IMG/VR virus record: IMGVR_UViG_3300024503_000485
Location: 155,445-219,444 of that record
Direction: 5' to 3' (one strand)
Length of the DNA: 64,000 nucleotides
The position numbers and the translations under genes were made by a program. How positions within the stretch are numbered: the first letter of the stretch is position 1; every line of letters begins with the position of its first letter. The notes below the pieces were generated by a model. That model searched no databases. It saw nothing but the letters and a program-made list of their open reading frames with translations, and had not been told where the DNA came from. Positions 55,164-63,461 of the stretch are shown here, piece by piece.

Positions 55164-57459
55164 TGGATTCCTCCAAGTTTAACCCTCGCTTCAATGCCTT
55201 TTTCTGTTCTTTGGTTAAAATAGGACTAATTTCAAATTTTAGATCGTCATTCTCAATGCTAACATCAACTCGTCCGCCGTTTTGTAATTCTCCAAATAGG
55301 ACTTTACGGCTCAAAGGAGATTTGAGTTTATTATCAATTAAACGAGCCAACGGTCTTGCGCCCATCTTTTTATCGTAACCTCTTTCAGCTAACCATTTAA
55401 CTGATTCGGAATCAACAACAATCTCAATGCCTTTATCTTTAAGTTGATCGTTAAGTTCTTTAACAAACTTTTTAACAATTTGACCAACGGTAACCATTGA
55501 AAGATTTGAAAACTTAATAATAGCATCTAAACGATTACGGAACTCCGGAGCAAAGAATTTCTTAACTGCCTTGTCGTCCTCGTCGTCCTTGCTTAAGTCA
55601 CCAAAACCTATGGTATTTTTTTCGTTGTCTGCTGCCCCTAAATTACTGGTCATAATTAAAATAGTGTTGCGACCGTCTGCTTGTTTTCCATTACTTCCAG
55701 TTACAAATCCGTTATCCATAAATTGTAACAAGATGTTTGACACATCGGGATGTGCTTTTTCAATTTCATCTAAAAGCAATACAGCATTTGGGTGTTCTTG
55801 TAGTTTGGTAATCAACTGACCTGCGTTATCTTCGTATCCAACATAACCAGGAGGTGCACCAATTAATCGAGCAACGCTATGTTTTTCTTGATATTCACTC
55901 ATATCAAAACGAATTAATTGCATACCCATTTTATCTGCTAACGCTCTTGCAGTTTCTGTTTTACCTGTACCAGTTGGACCTAAAAATAGAAAACTGCCAA
56001 TGGGTTTATTAGGATTTTTCATACCTGCTTGAGAAACAAAAATCTTATCAAGAAGATTATCAACTGCTGTATCTTGTCCATAAACAGATGCCTTCATGGA
56101 ACCTTCTAGGTCAGATAAGTTCTTACTTTCTTTTTGTGCTACCATTTCTAGCGGCATATTAACCATTTTACTAAGTTCGTATGTAACCTGTTCAATATCT
56201 ACCAGTTGTTCAATGCCTTCCATGCCGTCTTCGTCTTTTACTTTATAACGAGCACAAGCACAATCGATAATGTCAATTGCTTTGTCTGGTAATTTTTTAT
56301 CAGACATATACTTCATAGAAAGTTTAACTGATTGCTCAATTGCACCGTCAGTAATTTTAACGTTGTGATGTTTTTCGTAGTATTTCTTAATACCTTTAAT
56401 AATTTTAACTGCAAGTTCTGGCGTTGGCTCGTCAACCGTAACACGTTGGAATCGACGCATTAGAGCACGATCTTTTTCAAAATGTTTACGATAATCTTCC
56501 CACGTAGTTGATGCTACAAGTTTAATAACACCTTTAGTAAGGATTGGCTTCAACATATTGGCCATATCATTTGAACTTTGATTAGCAGCACCGGCACCTT
56601 GCATCATGTGTGCTTCGTCAATGAATAAAATAATCTTGCCTTTCTTTTCTAAAGCACCTAACACAGCTTTTACACGTTCTTCAAAATCTCCACGATACTT
56701 ACTACCAGCTAGCAATGCTGAAATATCTAAACTATAGACCTGATGGTCTTGAATAAACTTAGGTACTTTCTTTTCAAAGATCTTGCGAGCAAGACCTTCT
56801 ACAATAGCAGTCTTACCGACTCCGGGTTCACCTACCAGTAAAACATTACATTTGTTTCTGCGAGCAAGAACAAGTTGTACCTTTTCAAGCTCGTCGTCTC
56901 TACCAATAACAGGATCAATTTTACGTTGTTTTGCTTGTAGGCTTAGGTTAGTACAAAAAGTATTAATAATTCGTTCCATCTGACTAGGGTTTGTAACTGC
57001 GGTTTCTTGGCTTGATTCTTCTTCATTATTAACCATTTCTTGGAAATAATTAATAAATTTTTCTTTTGTTAAGCCGCCTTTGTTTAAAAAATAAAATGCA
57101 AAACTATTTTTTTCATTTAAGATGCTAACAATAACATCTGCAACTTCAATACGTTGACGCCCACTAAACAAAACTTGAGTAAAACATCTATTGAGCACAC
57201 GTTCTACAGCATGAGTTTTTCTTGGTTTTTCGCATTCTGGATTTTTAATATCGCTAAGATTATTTTTAATATAATGATCTAGATTTGTTTTAATAAAATT
57301 AGCATCAGCACCGAAGTCGGTGATCATCTTAAATGAATCAGCATCATCCATTATACCAAGAAGCAAATGTTCAATGGTAATATATTCGTGATCAAGGCTT
57401 TTTGCCATATTCATCGAATTTTCAAAAATTTGTTGTAGACTTTGACTTGGTTCAATCAT
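55147..57459 (-). CDS. clpA: ClpA-like AAA+ unfoldase
   Basis: Clp N-domain (HEYITIEHLL), DPVIGRDDE, GEPGVGKT, FIDEAH, GPTGTGKT, LLDEIEKAH, IGF loop, GARPL; no ClpB middle domain. Confidence 0.92.
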   Translation of the reverse strand: MIEPSQSLQQIFENSMNMAKSLDHEYITIEHLLLGIMDDADSFKMITDFGADANFIKTNLDHYIKNNLSDIKNPECEKPRKTHAVERVLNRCFTQVLFSGRQRIEVADVIVSILNEKNSFAFYFLNKGGLTKEKFINYFQEMVNNEEESSQETAVTNPSQMERIINTFCTNLSLQAKQRKIDPVIGRDDELEKVQLVLARRNKCNVLLVGEPGVGKTAIVEGLARKIFEKKVPKFIQDHQVYSLDISALLAGSKYRGDFEERVKAVLGALEKKGKIILFIDEAHMMQGAGAANQSSNDMANMLKPILTKGVIKLVASTTWEDYRKHFEKDRALMRRFQRVTVDEPTPELAVKIIKGIKKYYEKHHNVKITDGAIEQSVKLSMKYMSDKKLPDKAIDIIDCACARYKVKDEDGMEGIEQLVDIEQVTYELSKMVNMPLEMVAQKESKNLSDLEGSMKASVYGQDTAVDNLLDKIFVSQAGMKNPNKPIGSFLFLGPTGTGKTETARALADKMGMQLIRFDMSEYQEKHSVARLIGAPPGYVGYEDNAGQLITKLQEHPNAVLLLDEIEKAHPDVSNILLQFMDNGFVTGSNGKQADGRNTILIMTSNLGAADNEKNTIGFGDLSKDDEDDKAVKKFFAPEFRNRLDAIIKFSNLSMVTVGQIVKKFVKELNDQLKDKGIEIVVDSESVKWLAERGYDKKMGARPLARLIDNKLKSPLSRKVLFGELQNGGRVDVSIENDDLKFEISPILTKEQKKALKRGLNLEESNEETV

Positions 57460-58304
57460 TATTCGACTCCGTCTCTTAGTTGTTGTACTTTATGTATTTG
57501 ATTAGCTGATAGGTTACGTGGAATATTGACATTAATTTTAATTAATAACGGCCCACGTATTTTTGAACGCATATTTGGCAAACCTTCTCCTTTGCAACTT
57601 AGTATTGTATTTGATTGTGTTCCTGCTGGAACACTGACACTAATATTTTTTCCTGAGATAGTAGGAACATCTATTGTTGTTCCTAATATAGCATCCCAGA
57701 CAGAAATATTATGTTCAAAGATTAAAGAATCGCCTTCTCTAATAAATGTTGGATGTTTTCGAATATAAAGATTAACAATCAAATCTCCTGCCGGGACATC
57801 TCGTAGGGTTGTGTCGCCCATACCTTCATATCGAATTTGTTGGCCGTGATCTACGCCTGCAGGAATTGAAATATTAATTAATTTTCTTTGCCCGCCGGGT
57901 ATAGTAATTTCAGCATTTAAATCTTTGCCTTTTAAAACTTCTTCTAAGGAAAGTTCTACGTTAATGTTAACAGATCTATTTCTTCGCATTGGCCTACGTC
58001 CAAATCCAAACTGCGAAAAAATATCGTCCATGCCCGGCATGCCGCCACCGAAGTGAAATTCAAATGGGCCTTGGTTGTAAAATCCGCCGCCCATTCCTGG
58101 TTGTGCATTAGGATCTCCGCCCATATCAATAATCCGTTTTTTATCAGGATCGCTTAATGCTTCGTAGGCAGTAGATATTTCTTTAAATTTATTTTGGTCA
58201 CCTCCACGATCGGGATGATGCTTCATCGCAAGTTTGCGATAAGCCTTTTTAATCTCGTCGTCAGATGCACCTCTTTGTAAACCTAGTGTTGAGTAATAAT
58301 CCAT
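57459..58304 (-). CDS. dnaJ: DnaJ-family co-chaperone (class B/CbpA-like, no zinc finger)
   Basis: MDYYSTLG..KKAYRKLAMKHHPDRGG, G/F-rich linker, C-terminal domain; start reassigned to MDYY. Confidence 0.9.
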   Translation of the reverse strand: MDYYSTLGLQRGASDDEIKKAYRKLAMKHHPDRGGDQNKFKEISTAYEALSDPDKKRIIDMGGDPNAQPGMGGGFYNQGPFEFHFGGGMPGMDDIFSQFGFGRRPMRRNRSVNINVELSLEEVLKGKDLNAEITIPGGQRKLINISIPAGVDHGQQIRYEGMGDTTLRDVPAGDLIVNLYIRKHPTFIREGDSLIFEHNISVWDAILGTTIDVPTISGKNISVSVPAGTQSNTILSCKGEGLPNMRSKIRGPLLIKINVNIPRNLSANQIHKVQQLRDGVE

Positions 58305-58310
58305 AATACT

Positions 58311-58339
58311 ATTATACAATAAAAAAAGGACCACGTCAA
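58311..58339 (-). promoter_or_regulatory. Sigma70 promoter TTGACG-N17-TATAAT (dnaJ-clpA; probably leaderless)
   Basis: -35 at 58334-58339 lies in the terminator loop; -10 at 58311-58316; 6 nt to the ATG. Confidence 0.75.
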
Positions 58340-58350
58340 GTAGTCCTTTT
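58320..58350 (-). terminator. Rho-independent terminator after the lysis cassette
   Basis: GGACTAC-TTGAC-GTGGTCC hairpin followed by a T-run on the - strand. Confidence 0.7.
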
Positions 58351-58377
58351 ATTTAATTAAGATTTACTGAGCTCAAA

Positions 58378-58584
58378 TTATTTTTTATCTGGCTTTGTTC
58401 CTTCAACCTTAGTTCCTTCTTTCTTTTCGTGTTTTTTCATAGTTTTGCATTTTTCAACTTCTTTACCTGTTTTGGCATCAGTAGTTTTAATACAAACCTT
58501 TTCTGCTTTTGCAGGAGCATCGGCTGCAAATGCAGGGGAAGAAACTGCTAATGCAAGACCTGCTACAAAAATAATGTGTTTCAT
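58378..58584 (-). CDS. Small secreted Lys-rich protein
   Basis: Sec signal MKHIIFVAGLALAVSSPAFA; two Cys; AAGGAG RBS. Confidence 0.7.
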   Translation of the reverse strand: MKHIIFVAGLALAVSSPAFAADAPAKAEKVCIKTTDAKTGKEVEKCKTMKKHEKKEGTKVEGTKPDKK

Positions 58585-58593
58585 ACTATCTCC

Positions 58594-59115
58594 TTAAATT
58601 TCTGGTTGATCAGGTTGAACCGGCATTGGTTTACCTGTACTGCTCATCATCGGTGCAGCTGGTGCCCCAAATGTTGCTGGCTTAGATACGCCTCCAAAGC
58701 TGCTTCCGCTAAAGCTACTTGGGGAGCTTGGTGCTCCGAAACCTGGCGTAGTCGCTGCTGGGAAACTGCTTGGTGCTGCCGTAGCAGGGCCAAATGTTGA
58801 AGGGTTACTTGTTGCCATTGGTTGTGCGCCACCATTGTTTGCTCCATTTAGTTTTTCTTGTGTGCGACCAAATGCCGCGATACCTAATACTGCACCCATT
58901 GCGATATGGAATAAACCAGCACCTTGTAAGGTTAATGGATTCCATTGTGTAATAGGACTATGTGTTAGAGTTTGTAACAAACTCCATAAGATTGGAAATA
59001 CAACCATGTCCATCATGCAGACAACCATATACATCCAACCCATCATTGGACGCCATTTAGCATTCATCCAATCTTCTTTTTTCTTTTCACTTTCGCTCTT
59101 TACTTCTTCAGTCAT
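58594..59115 (-). CDS. Holin-like membrane protein
   Basis: WRPMMGWMY, two hydrophobic helices, FGRTQEK, Pro/Ser-rich tail; in the lysis cassette. Confidence 0.6.
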   Translation of the reverse strand: MTEEVKSESEKKKEDWMNAKWRPMMGWMYMVVCMMDMVVFPILWSLLQTLTHSPITQWNPLTLQGAGLFHIAMGAVLGIAAFGRTQEKLNGANNGGAQPMATSNPSTFGPATAAPSSFPAATTPGFGAPSSPSSFSGSSFGGVSKPATFGAPAAPMMSSTGKPMPVQPDQPEI

Positions 59116-59134
59116 TGTCCGCTCCTAATTTATT

Positions 59135-59698
59135 TTAGAACCAAAGGAATAAACCATTTAGGCTCAATAATACTCCGGCGCCCGCTACTACAAAGCTGCC
59201 CCAGAACATTGCCATGCTAACTGCAAGAATACTTGCAGATAATACAACAATAGCTAATTGATACGCTGTTGAAGCATAACCAATCCATGGGCTAGACTTT
59301 TTAGCAATTTCACGCTCGTGTTCCATGGCCTTTGCTTTAACAGCAAGTTCTTTCTTGTCTTCATCCATGCGTTCTTTTTCAGCCATGAACGCTGCTTTAA
59401 GTTTTGGATCAGCGGTTGTCTTAGCGGCAATCTCGTAGCTAACTCCACGACCTGCTTTGGCTTGATATTGTGCCCATGTATTGTTAGCACCTAGTGTATT
59501 GTTTAATACCGTGCTAGATAATTTGCCACTATACCATGCGTTAACCGCTAATAATAATGCAAATACAGAAATAACCATACCTGCTTTGTCTTTTAGTTTT
59601 GCTTCACGCTCGCTGCGTGATCCCACTGGAGGCTTTGGTGCGTCCGGATCTTTGGGTTGCTTGTTAACTAAATTTAACACTGAATCAATTAATGCCAT
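59135..59698 (-). CDS. DUF4337-like membrane protein
   Basis: TM helix, NNTWAQYQAK, coiled coil, QLAIVVLSA and a further TM. Confidence 0.6.
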   Translation of the reverse strand: MALIDSVLNLVNKQPKDPDAPKPPVGSRSEREAKLKDKAGMVISVFALLLAVNAWYSGKLSSTVLNNTLGANNTWAQYQAKAGRGVSYEIAAKTTADPKLKAAFMAEKERMDEDKKELAVKAKAMEHEREIAKKSSPWIGYASTAYQLAIVVLSASILAVSMAMFWGSFVVAGAGVLLSLNGLFLWF

Positions 59699-59722
59699 TC
59701 ATCGCTCCTTTAAATACTAACT

Positions 59723-59989
59723 TTATTTAAGTGTTTCCCAAATTTTTTGTTGCCCTTTGTACCATGAAATCCAATTATCAACCTGTGCTTTGCAATCGTA
59801 ATATTCCTTGTAGTTGTCTGCTACAACTTCAACAATGGCGCTAAGTTTGTCATTTTTAGGATCTACGGTTTTTAGATCGGGACAAGCTTCTAATAATTCT
59901 TTAGGAACCTCGGGCCATTTAGGAATTACAGGAGCAGTTGAACATCCTGCTAATAAAGTTACTGCTAATAAAAGTGCTAATTTTTTCAT
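59723..59989 (-). CDS. Outer-membrane spanin (lipoprotein)
   Basis: Lipobox LLAG-C, Pro-rich, CPDL..NY..YYDC; overlaps the i-spanin gene. Confidence 0.8.
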   Translation of the reverse strand: MKKLALLLAVTLLAGCSTAPVIPKWPEVPKELLEACPDLKTVDPKNDKLSAIVEVVADNYKEYYDCKAQVDNWISWYKGQQKIWETLK

Positions 59990-60450
59990 TTTTTAGCCTC
60001 TGGATTAGTTGCAGCTTTATTAACTAACTCGTTTACTCGAGGGTCTATTTTGCATTCTGCATTGATAATTTTTTCAACTTCTTGAATTTGTGTTTTAACC
60101 GTATTGTAGTATTCAACACGAACTTTTTGTTTCTTTTTCTTTTCTTCACTTAATTGTTTATTAAGGTCTGAACTAGCACGTTCTGCCTGTGCAACTTTAT
60201 CTTCTGCTTCTTTTACCTTAGCTCTCCATTCTGCTTCAGTATCGTAGCCACCTTTAAAATAAACCCCAGCAACTAATAATACAACACTGACAATTTGTAA
60301 AAGTAAATGATACGGTGCTAGTGCAGGGAACCAACGTACAATTCTATGTAATAAAAAGAAACTTAAAAATGTACCAATGGCACCTGCTAGTAATACTAGG
60401 TGTACAGCATAAATTAGTACAGCATCCGGTACCCACGCTAGCATCCACAT
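59986..60450 (-). CDS. Inner-membrane spanin
   Basis: N-terminal TM helices, coiled coil, C-terminal Cys; between endolysin and lipoprotein. Confidence 0.75.
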   Translation of the reverse strand: MWMLAWVPDAVLIYAVHLVLLAGAIGTFLSFFLLHRIVRWFPALAPYHLLLQIVSVVLLVAGVYFKGGYDTEAEWRAKVKEAEDKVAQAERASSDLNKQLSEEKKKKQKVRVEYYNTVKTQIQEVEKIINAECKIDPRVNELVNKAATNPEAKK

Positions 60451-60453
60451 AAG

Positions 60454-61089
60454 TTATGCTCCAAAAACGTGTAATGCGTGATTATAATGTTTGATACGAT
60501 CTTCTAAACCAATAGTACCACCGTTGATACGCTTGGTTAATGTTAGGATGTCACCTTTGTCTGCCCATTGATTTAGGTTGTTTGTTTCCCAGAACCAGCA
60601 AGCTGATTGCACAGCACCTTCGAATGTCTGTAGGTATTCTGCCGCTTCCTCTACAGGAATATCTAAACTGGCAGCAAACCAGGTATAATTTTCTTTACCT
60701 GTTAATTGAATTAGTCCGCGACCGCAGTAACGATAACCGTCGCCAGAGTCTTCTGGACCGTTACCCATACGATTTGCATAAATGCGATTTGCTATAGCTT
60801 CTTGCTTGTTAGGTAAACTAGCATAGTGATTAGCTGTTGCATCGTCTGTAAAATACTTAGGAAAAATCTTACGTAGACTAGGTGCTTTATAATTTAAGTT
60901 TTCTTTTAATACACGAAATCCACCTGATTCGTGTGCGCATTGTGCCATAAAAGCTGCTACACGTTGGGGGGTGTTAATTTCATAATCTGGTAAAATTTCA
61001 TTTAATGCTTCGTACCAATGATCAATATATGGATTACCTTTGATGATATCTGCTACTTGATCTCTAGTAAAGTTAAATGTGAAGCTCAT
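60454..61089 (-). CDS. Endolysin, glycoside hydrolase family 19
   Basis: AAFMAQCAHESGGF..ENLNY..YANRMGNG..GRGLIQLTGKENY..TKRINGG. Confidence 0.92.
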   Translation of the reverse strand: MSFTFNFTRDQVADIIKGNPYIDHWYEALNEILPDYEINTPQRVAAFMAQCAHESGGFRVLKENLNYKAPSLRKIFPKYFTDDATANHYASLPNKQEAIANRIYANRMGNGPEDSGDGYRYCGRGLIQLTGKENYTWFAASLDIPVEEAAEYLQTFEGAVQSACWFWETNNLNQWADKGDILTLTKRINGGTIGLEDRIKHYNHALHVFGA

Positions 61090-61829
61090 TGTTCGATCCT
61101 TTTCAATAACATAGAACGATTACCGTTGTTAAAAATAAAATTTTCTCCAACCTTATTAATGCTGTAATCGCCTAAAACTTTTGTAAGCCAGAAAATTTCA
61201 CTAGTTGCTTTTTCGTCAACAACATATGCACCTTCTGTTGCTTCTAAAATAGATTCTGGAGTATCGTCTTTAATAATTTCTAGTTGTACCTTAACATCAA
61301 ACGGTTTGTGAATTGTTATCACGTTGTTGTTTAGAGTTAAGTTATCCATTAATGTTTTTGTAAAAAAACGCTTTACATCTTCAGTTCTAACCTGGCCCAT
61401 GTGTTCTTCGTAGGCACGTGAATCACCGGGAATAATTTTTCTCAATGTTTCTTCGTTAACTTCGTGAACATCGGAACTTCTGTGATATTTAAATTTAAAA
61501 TCATCTACGCCGGTTAATTTTTTAACTCCGTAACATAATTCTTTAATTTGTTCTGCTAGCTTAGGGCTTCGGTTTAATTCTACAAATACTGAATATTCAC
61601 CTTTTTCGTTTTCGCCTGAACTAACGTCAGCGTCTAAAACAAAATGATAACCCTTTTCAATGAATTCCATTAGGTCACGTGCAGGAGATCGATCTTTGAC
61701 CTGAAAGCTAACAACACAAACATCTTTGTCCTCTCCCATCTTAGATTTGTATGTGTCAACTTCAAAAAGTGAATATACTAAATCTTTAAGGTCGTTGGTT
61801 CTTAAACCTTCGTTAAGTTGCTTATGCAT
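61086..61829 (-). CDS. Hypothetical late protein
   Basis: 247 aa; N-terminal LNE-G. Confidence 0.65.
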   Translation of the reverse strand: MHKQLNEGLRTNDLKDLVYSLFEVDTYKSKMGEDKDVCVVSFQVKDRSPARDLMEFIEKGYHFVLDADVSSGENEKGEYSVFVELNRSPKLAEQIKELCYGVKKLTGVDDFKFKYHRSSDVHEVNEETLRKIIPGDSRAYEEHMGQVRTEDVKRFFTKTLMDNLTLNNNVITIHKPFDVKVQLEIIKDDTPESILEATEGAYVVDEKATSEIFWLTKVLGDYSINKVGENFIFNNGNRSMLLKRIEQ

Positions 61830-62340
61830 TTGTCATATCCTGTACAGCTTCTTCGCTGGCATCTGGCGCTGCTGCTGCTGCACCATATTGATTAACAACA
61901 TCTTCTATTTTGTTGCTATCTAAATTTCTATGGCCTCGATCTACGTCAGCCATTAATTTTTTAGGCATAGTAATACGAACTAACCAGACATCTTCGTGAT
62001 CAATTTTGCCTTTCTTTGTACCAGGGCGAATATCATCTGGTTTTTTAATTTTTCTTACTTTAGCAAGTCGTGTTTCACCAAACTCAACTTTACAACCGTA
62101 TTCTATTAAACGTAGACCGCCCTTAGGTTCAGGCATTTGTTTTTTAGGCCACATAAAAGTGCATTCTACAAAGTAACGACTTTCATTAGGACCAGCAACA
62201 AGCTCTCCGTCAATCCAGTTATCGAAAACATAGATATCTAGCTCATCAACAACACGCTCAAAATCTTTAAGTAATTTTAAGCTATTATTGCTGCCGTAAA
62301 TGTTTTCGATGTTATTAATAATATCTTTTAAATCGACCAT
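61822..62340 (-). CDS. Hypothetical late protein
   Basis: 172 aa; GGGAG RBS; GATAAATA at 62355-62362. Confidence 0.7.
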   Translation of the reverse strand: MVDLKDIINNIENIYGSNNSLKLLKDFERVVDELDIYVFDNWIDGELVAGPNESRYFVECTFMWPKKQMPEPKGGLRLIEYGCKVEFGETRLAKVRKIKKPDDIRPGTKKGKIDHEDVWLVRITMPKKLMADVDRGHRNLDSNKIEDVVNQYGAAAAAPDASEEAVQDMTNA

Positions 62341-62415
62341 AATATCTCCCTTTGTATTTATCGCGAAAATTTAATCATTACATATATCTTTTTGTCGCAG
62401 ATGTTAAATATCTTT

Positions 62416-62458
62416 GTGTTCGGCCGACGGACACTACGGTAGGGTCCGTGCCTAACAC
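62416..62458 (+). promoter_or_regulatory. GC-rich structured 5' leader upstream of phoH
   Basis: GTGTT/AACAC, GGC/GCC and ACGGAC/GTCCGT helices capped by a C-UACG-G loop; between GTTAAATA (62403-62410) and the AGGAGG RBS. Confidence 0.55.
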
Positions 62459-62481
62459 CTAAAAAGGAGGGCTAACCTTAT

Positions 62482-63222
62482 ATGAAGCGAAAAAGAGCGC
62501 AAGTTCAGCAAAAAGAGCAGTATGACCCACGTTTTCAAAGCAACGTAATAAATATTGATCATAGATTAAACGAGAAGCGTAAGCGAGTTCAAATCTATCC
62601 CAAGAATTTAAGTCAAGAGACTTATCTACTAAAACTTAACGATCCCAACAAAATGATAATTTTTGCCATCGGGCCTGCGGGCACGGGTAAAACCATGCTG
62701 GGCGTTCAGTGGGCAATTGATCAGTTAAAGTACGGTTCTGCAGACAAGATCATTATTACTCGACCTGCTGTAAGTGTTGACGAGCAACACGGATTCTTGC
62801 CCGGGGATCTAAATCAAAAAATGGAACCCTGGACCAAGCCTATTTTTGATGTTTTCGCTGAAAACTTTAATGCTAGAGAAATTGAAAACTTTGTACGTGA
62901 GGGGGTGATTGAAACTAGTCCTCTAGCATATATGCGCGGCAGAACTTTTAAAAATGCGGTCATCATAGCAGATGAAATGCAAAACGCCACACCGTCACAG
63001 ATGAAAATGCTGTTGACTAGATTAGGACAAGGAAGCAAAATGGTTGTAACTGGGGACTTACAACAAGCAGACCGTCCATCAAACAACGGCTTATTAGAGT
63101 TTTTAAAGTTATATAACGACTTTAAAAATCATAGATATGTGGACATTGTTCACTTTGACATACAAGATGTAGAACGCCACGAGGCGGTAAAGGAGATACT
63201 ATCGATCTACGGTGACTCTTGA
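62482..63222 (+). CDS. phoH: PhoH-family ATPase
   Basis: GPAGTGKT, TRPAV, GFLPGDL, YMRGRTF, DEMQN, LTRLG, GDLQQ. Confidence 0.95.
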   Translation: MKRKRAQVQQKEQYDPRFQSNVINIDHRLNEKRKRVQIYPKNLSQETYLLKLNDPNKMIIFAIGPAGTGKTMLGVQWAIDQLKYGSADKIIITRPAVSVDEQHGFLPGDLNQKMEPWTKPIFDVFAENFNAREIENFVREGVIETSPLAYMRGRTFKNAVIIADEMQNATPSQMKMLLTRLGQGSKMVVTGDLQQADRPSNNGLLEFLKLYNDFKNHRYVDIVHFDIQDVERHEAVKEILSIYGDS

Positions 63223-63461
63223 TCATTAGGAAGATGGGGGGTCAATTGATCCCCTATCGTTCTTTTATAAAATTCTAGCATGTCCTCATAACCGGCCTCT
63301 GGATTGAGACCATTTTTGATACACTTTCTTTCTTTAAAGTCTAAGATGACTTTAGCGGTTTGAATGTGTCTCATTTTTAATGCATTTTTAAATTCTGTAA
63401 TTTCGTCATGCCTACCATTTGGTTTTAGATAGTAGGTAACAATCATATATCGGCTGCTCAT
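63207..63461 (-). CDS. Hypothetical protein
   Basis: 84-aa ORF, ATGA-coupled to the clamp loader stop. Confidence 0.6.
   Translation of the reverse strand: MSSRYMIVTYYLKPNGRHDEITEFKNALKMRHIQTAKVILDFKERKCIKNGLNPEAGYEDMLEFYKRTIGDQLTPHLPNDQESP

Noticed and set aside
1892-63086. Numerous 60-230 aa ORFs antisense to, or out of frame within, longer genes (for example 8632-9315, 7727-8188, 42062-42436, 46510-46887, 36334-36612)
   Set aside because: They are fully nested in well-supported genes, lack an RBS or motifs, and have the composition expected of shadow frames.
54477-63222. Bacterial chromosome origin suggested by clpA, dnaJ, phoH, folE and erpA
   Set aside because: These genes are interspersed with gp43/gp44-like replication genes, spanins, fibres and T4-type late motifs, and there are no housekeeping operons.
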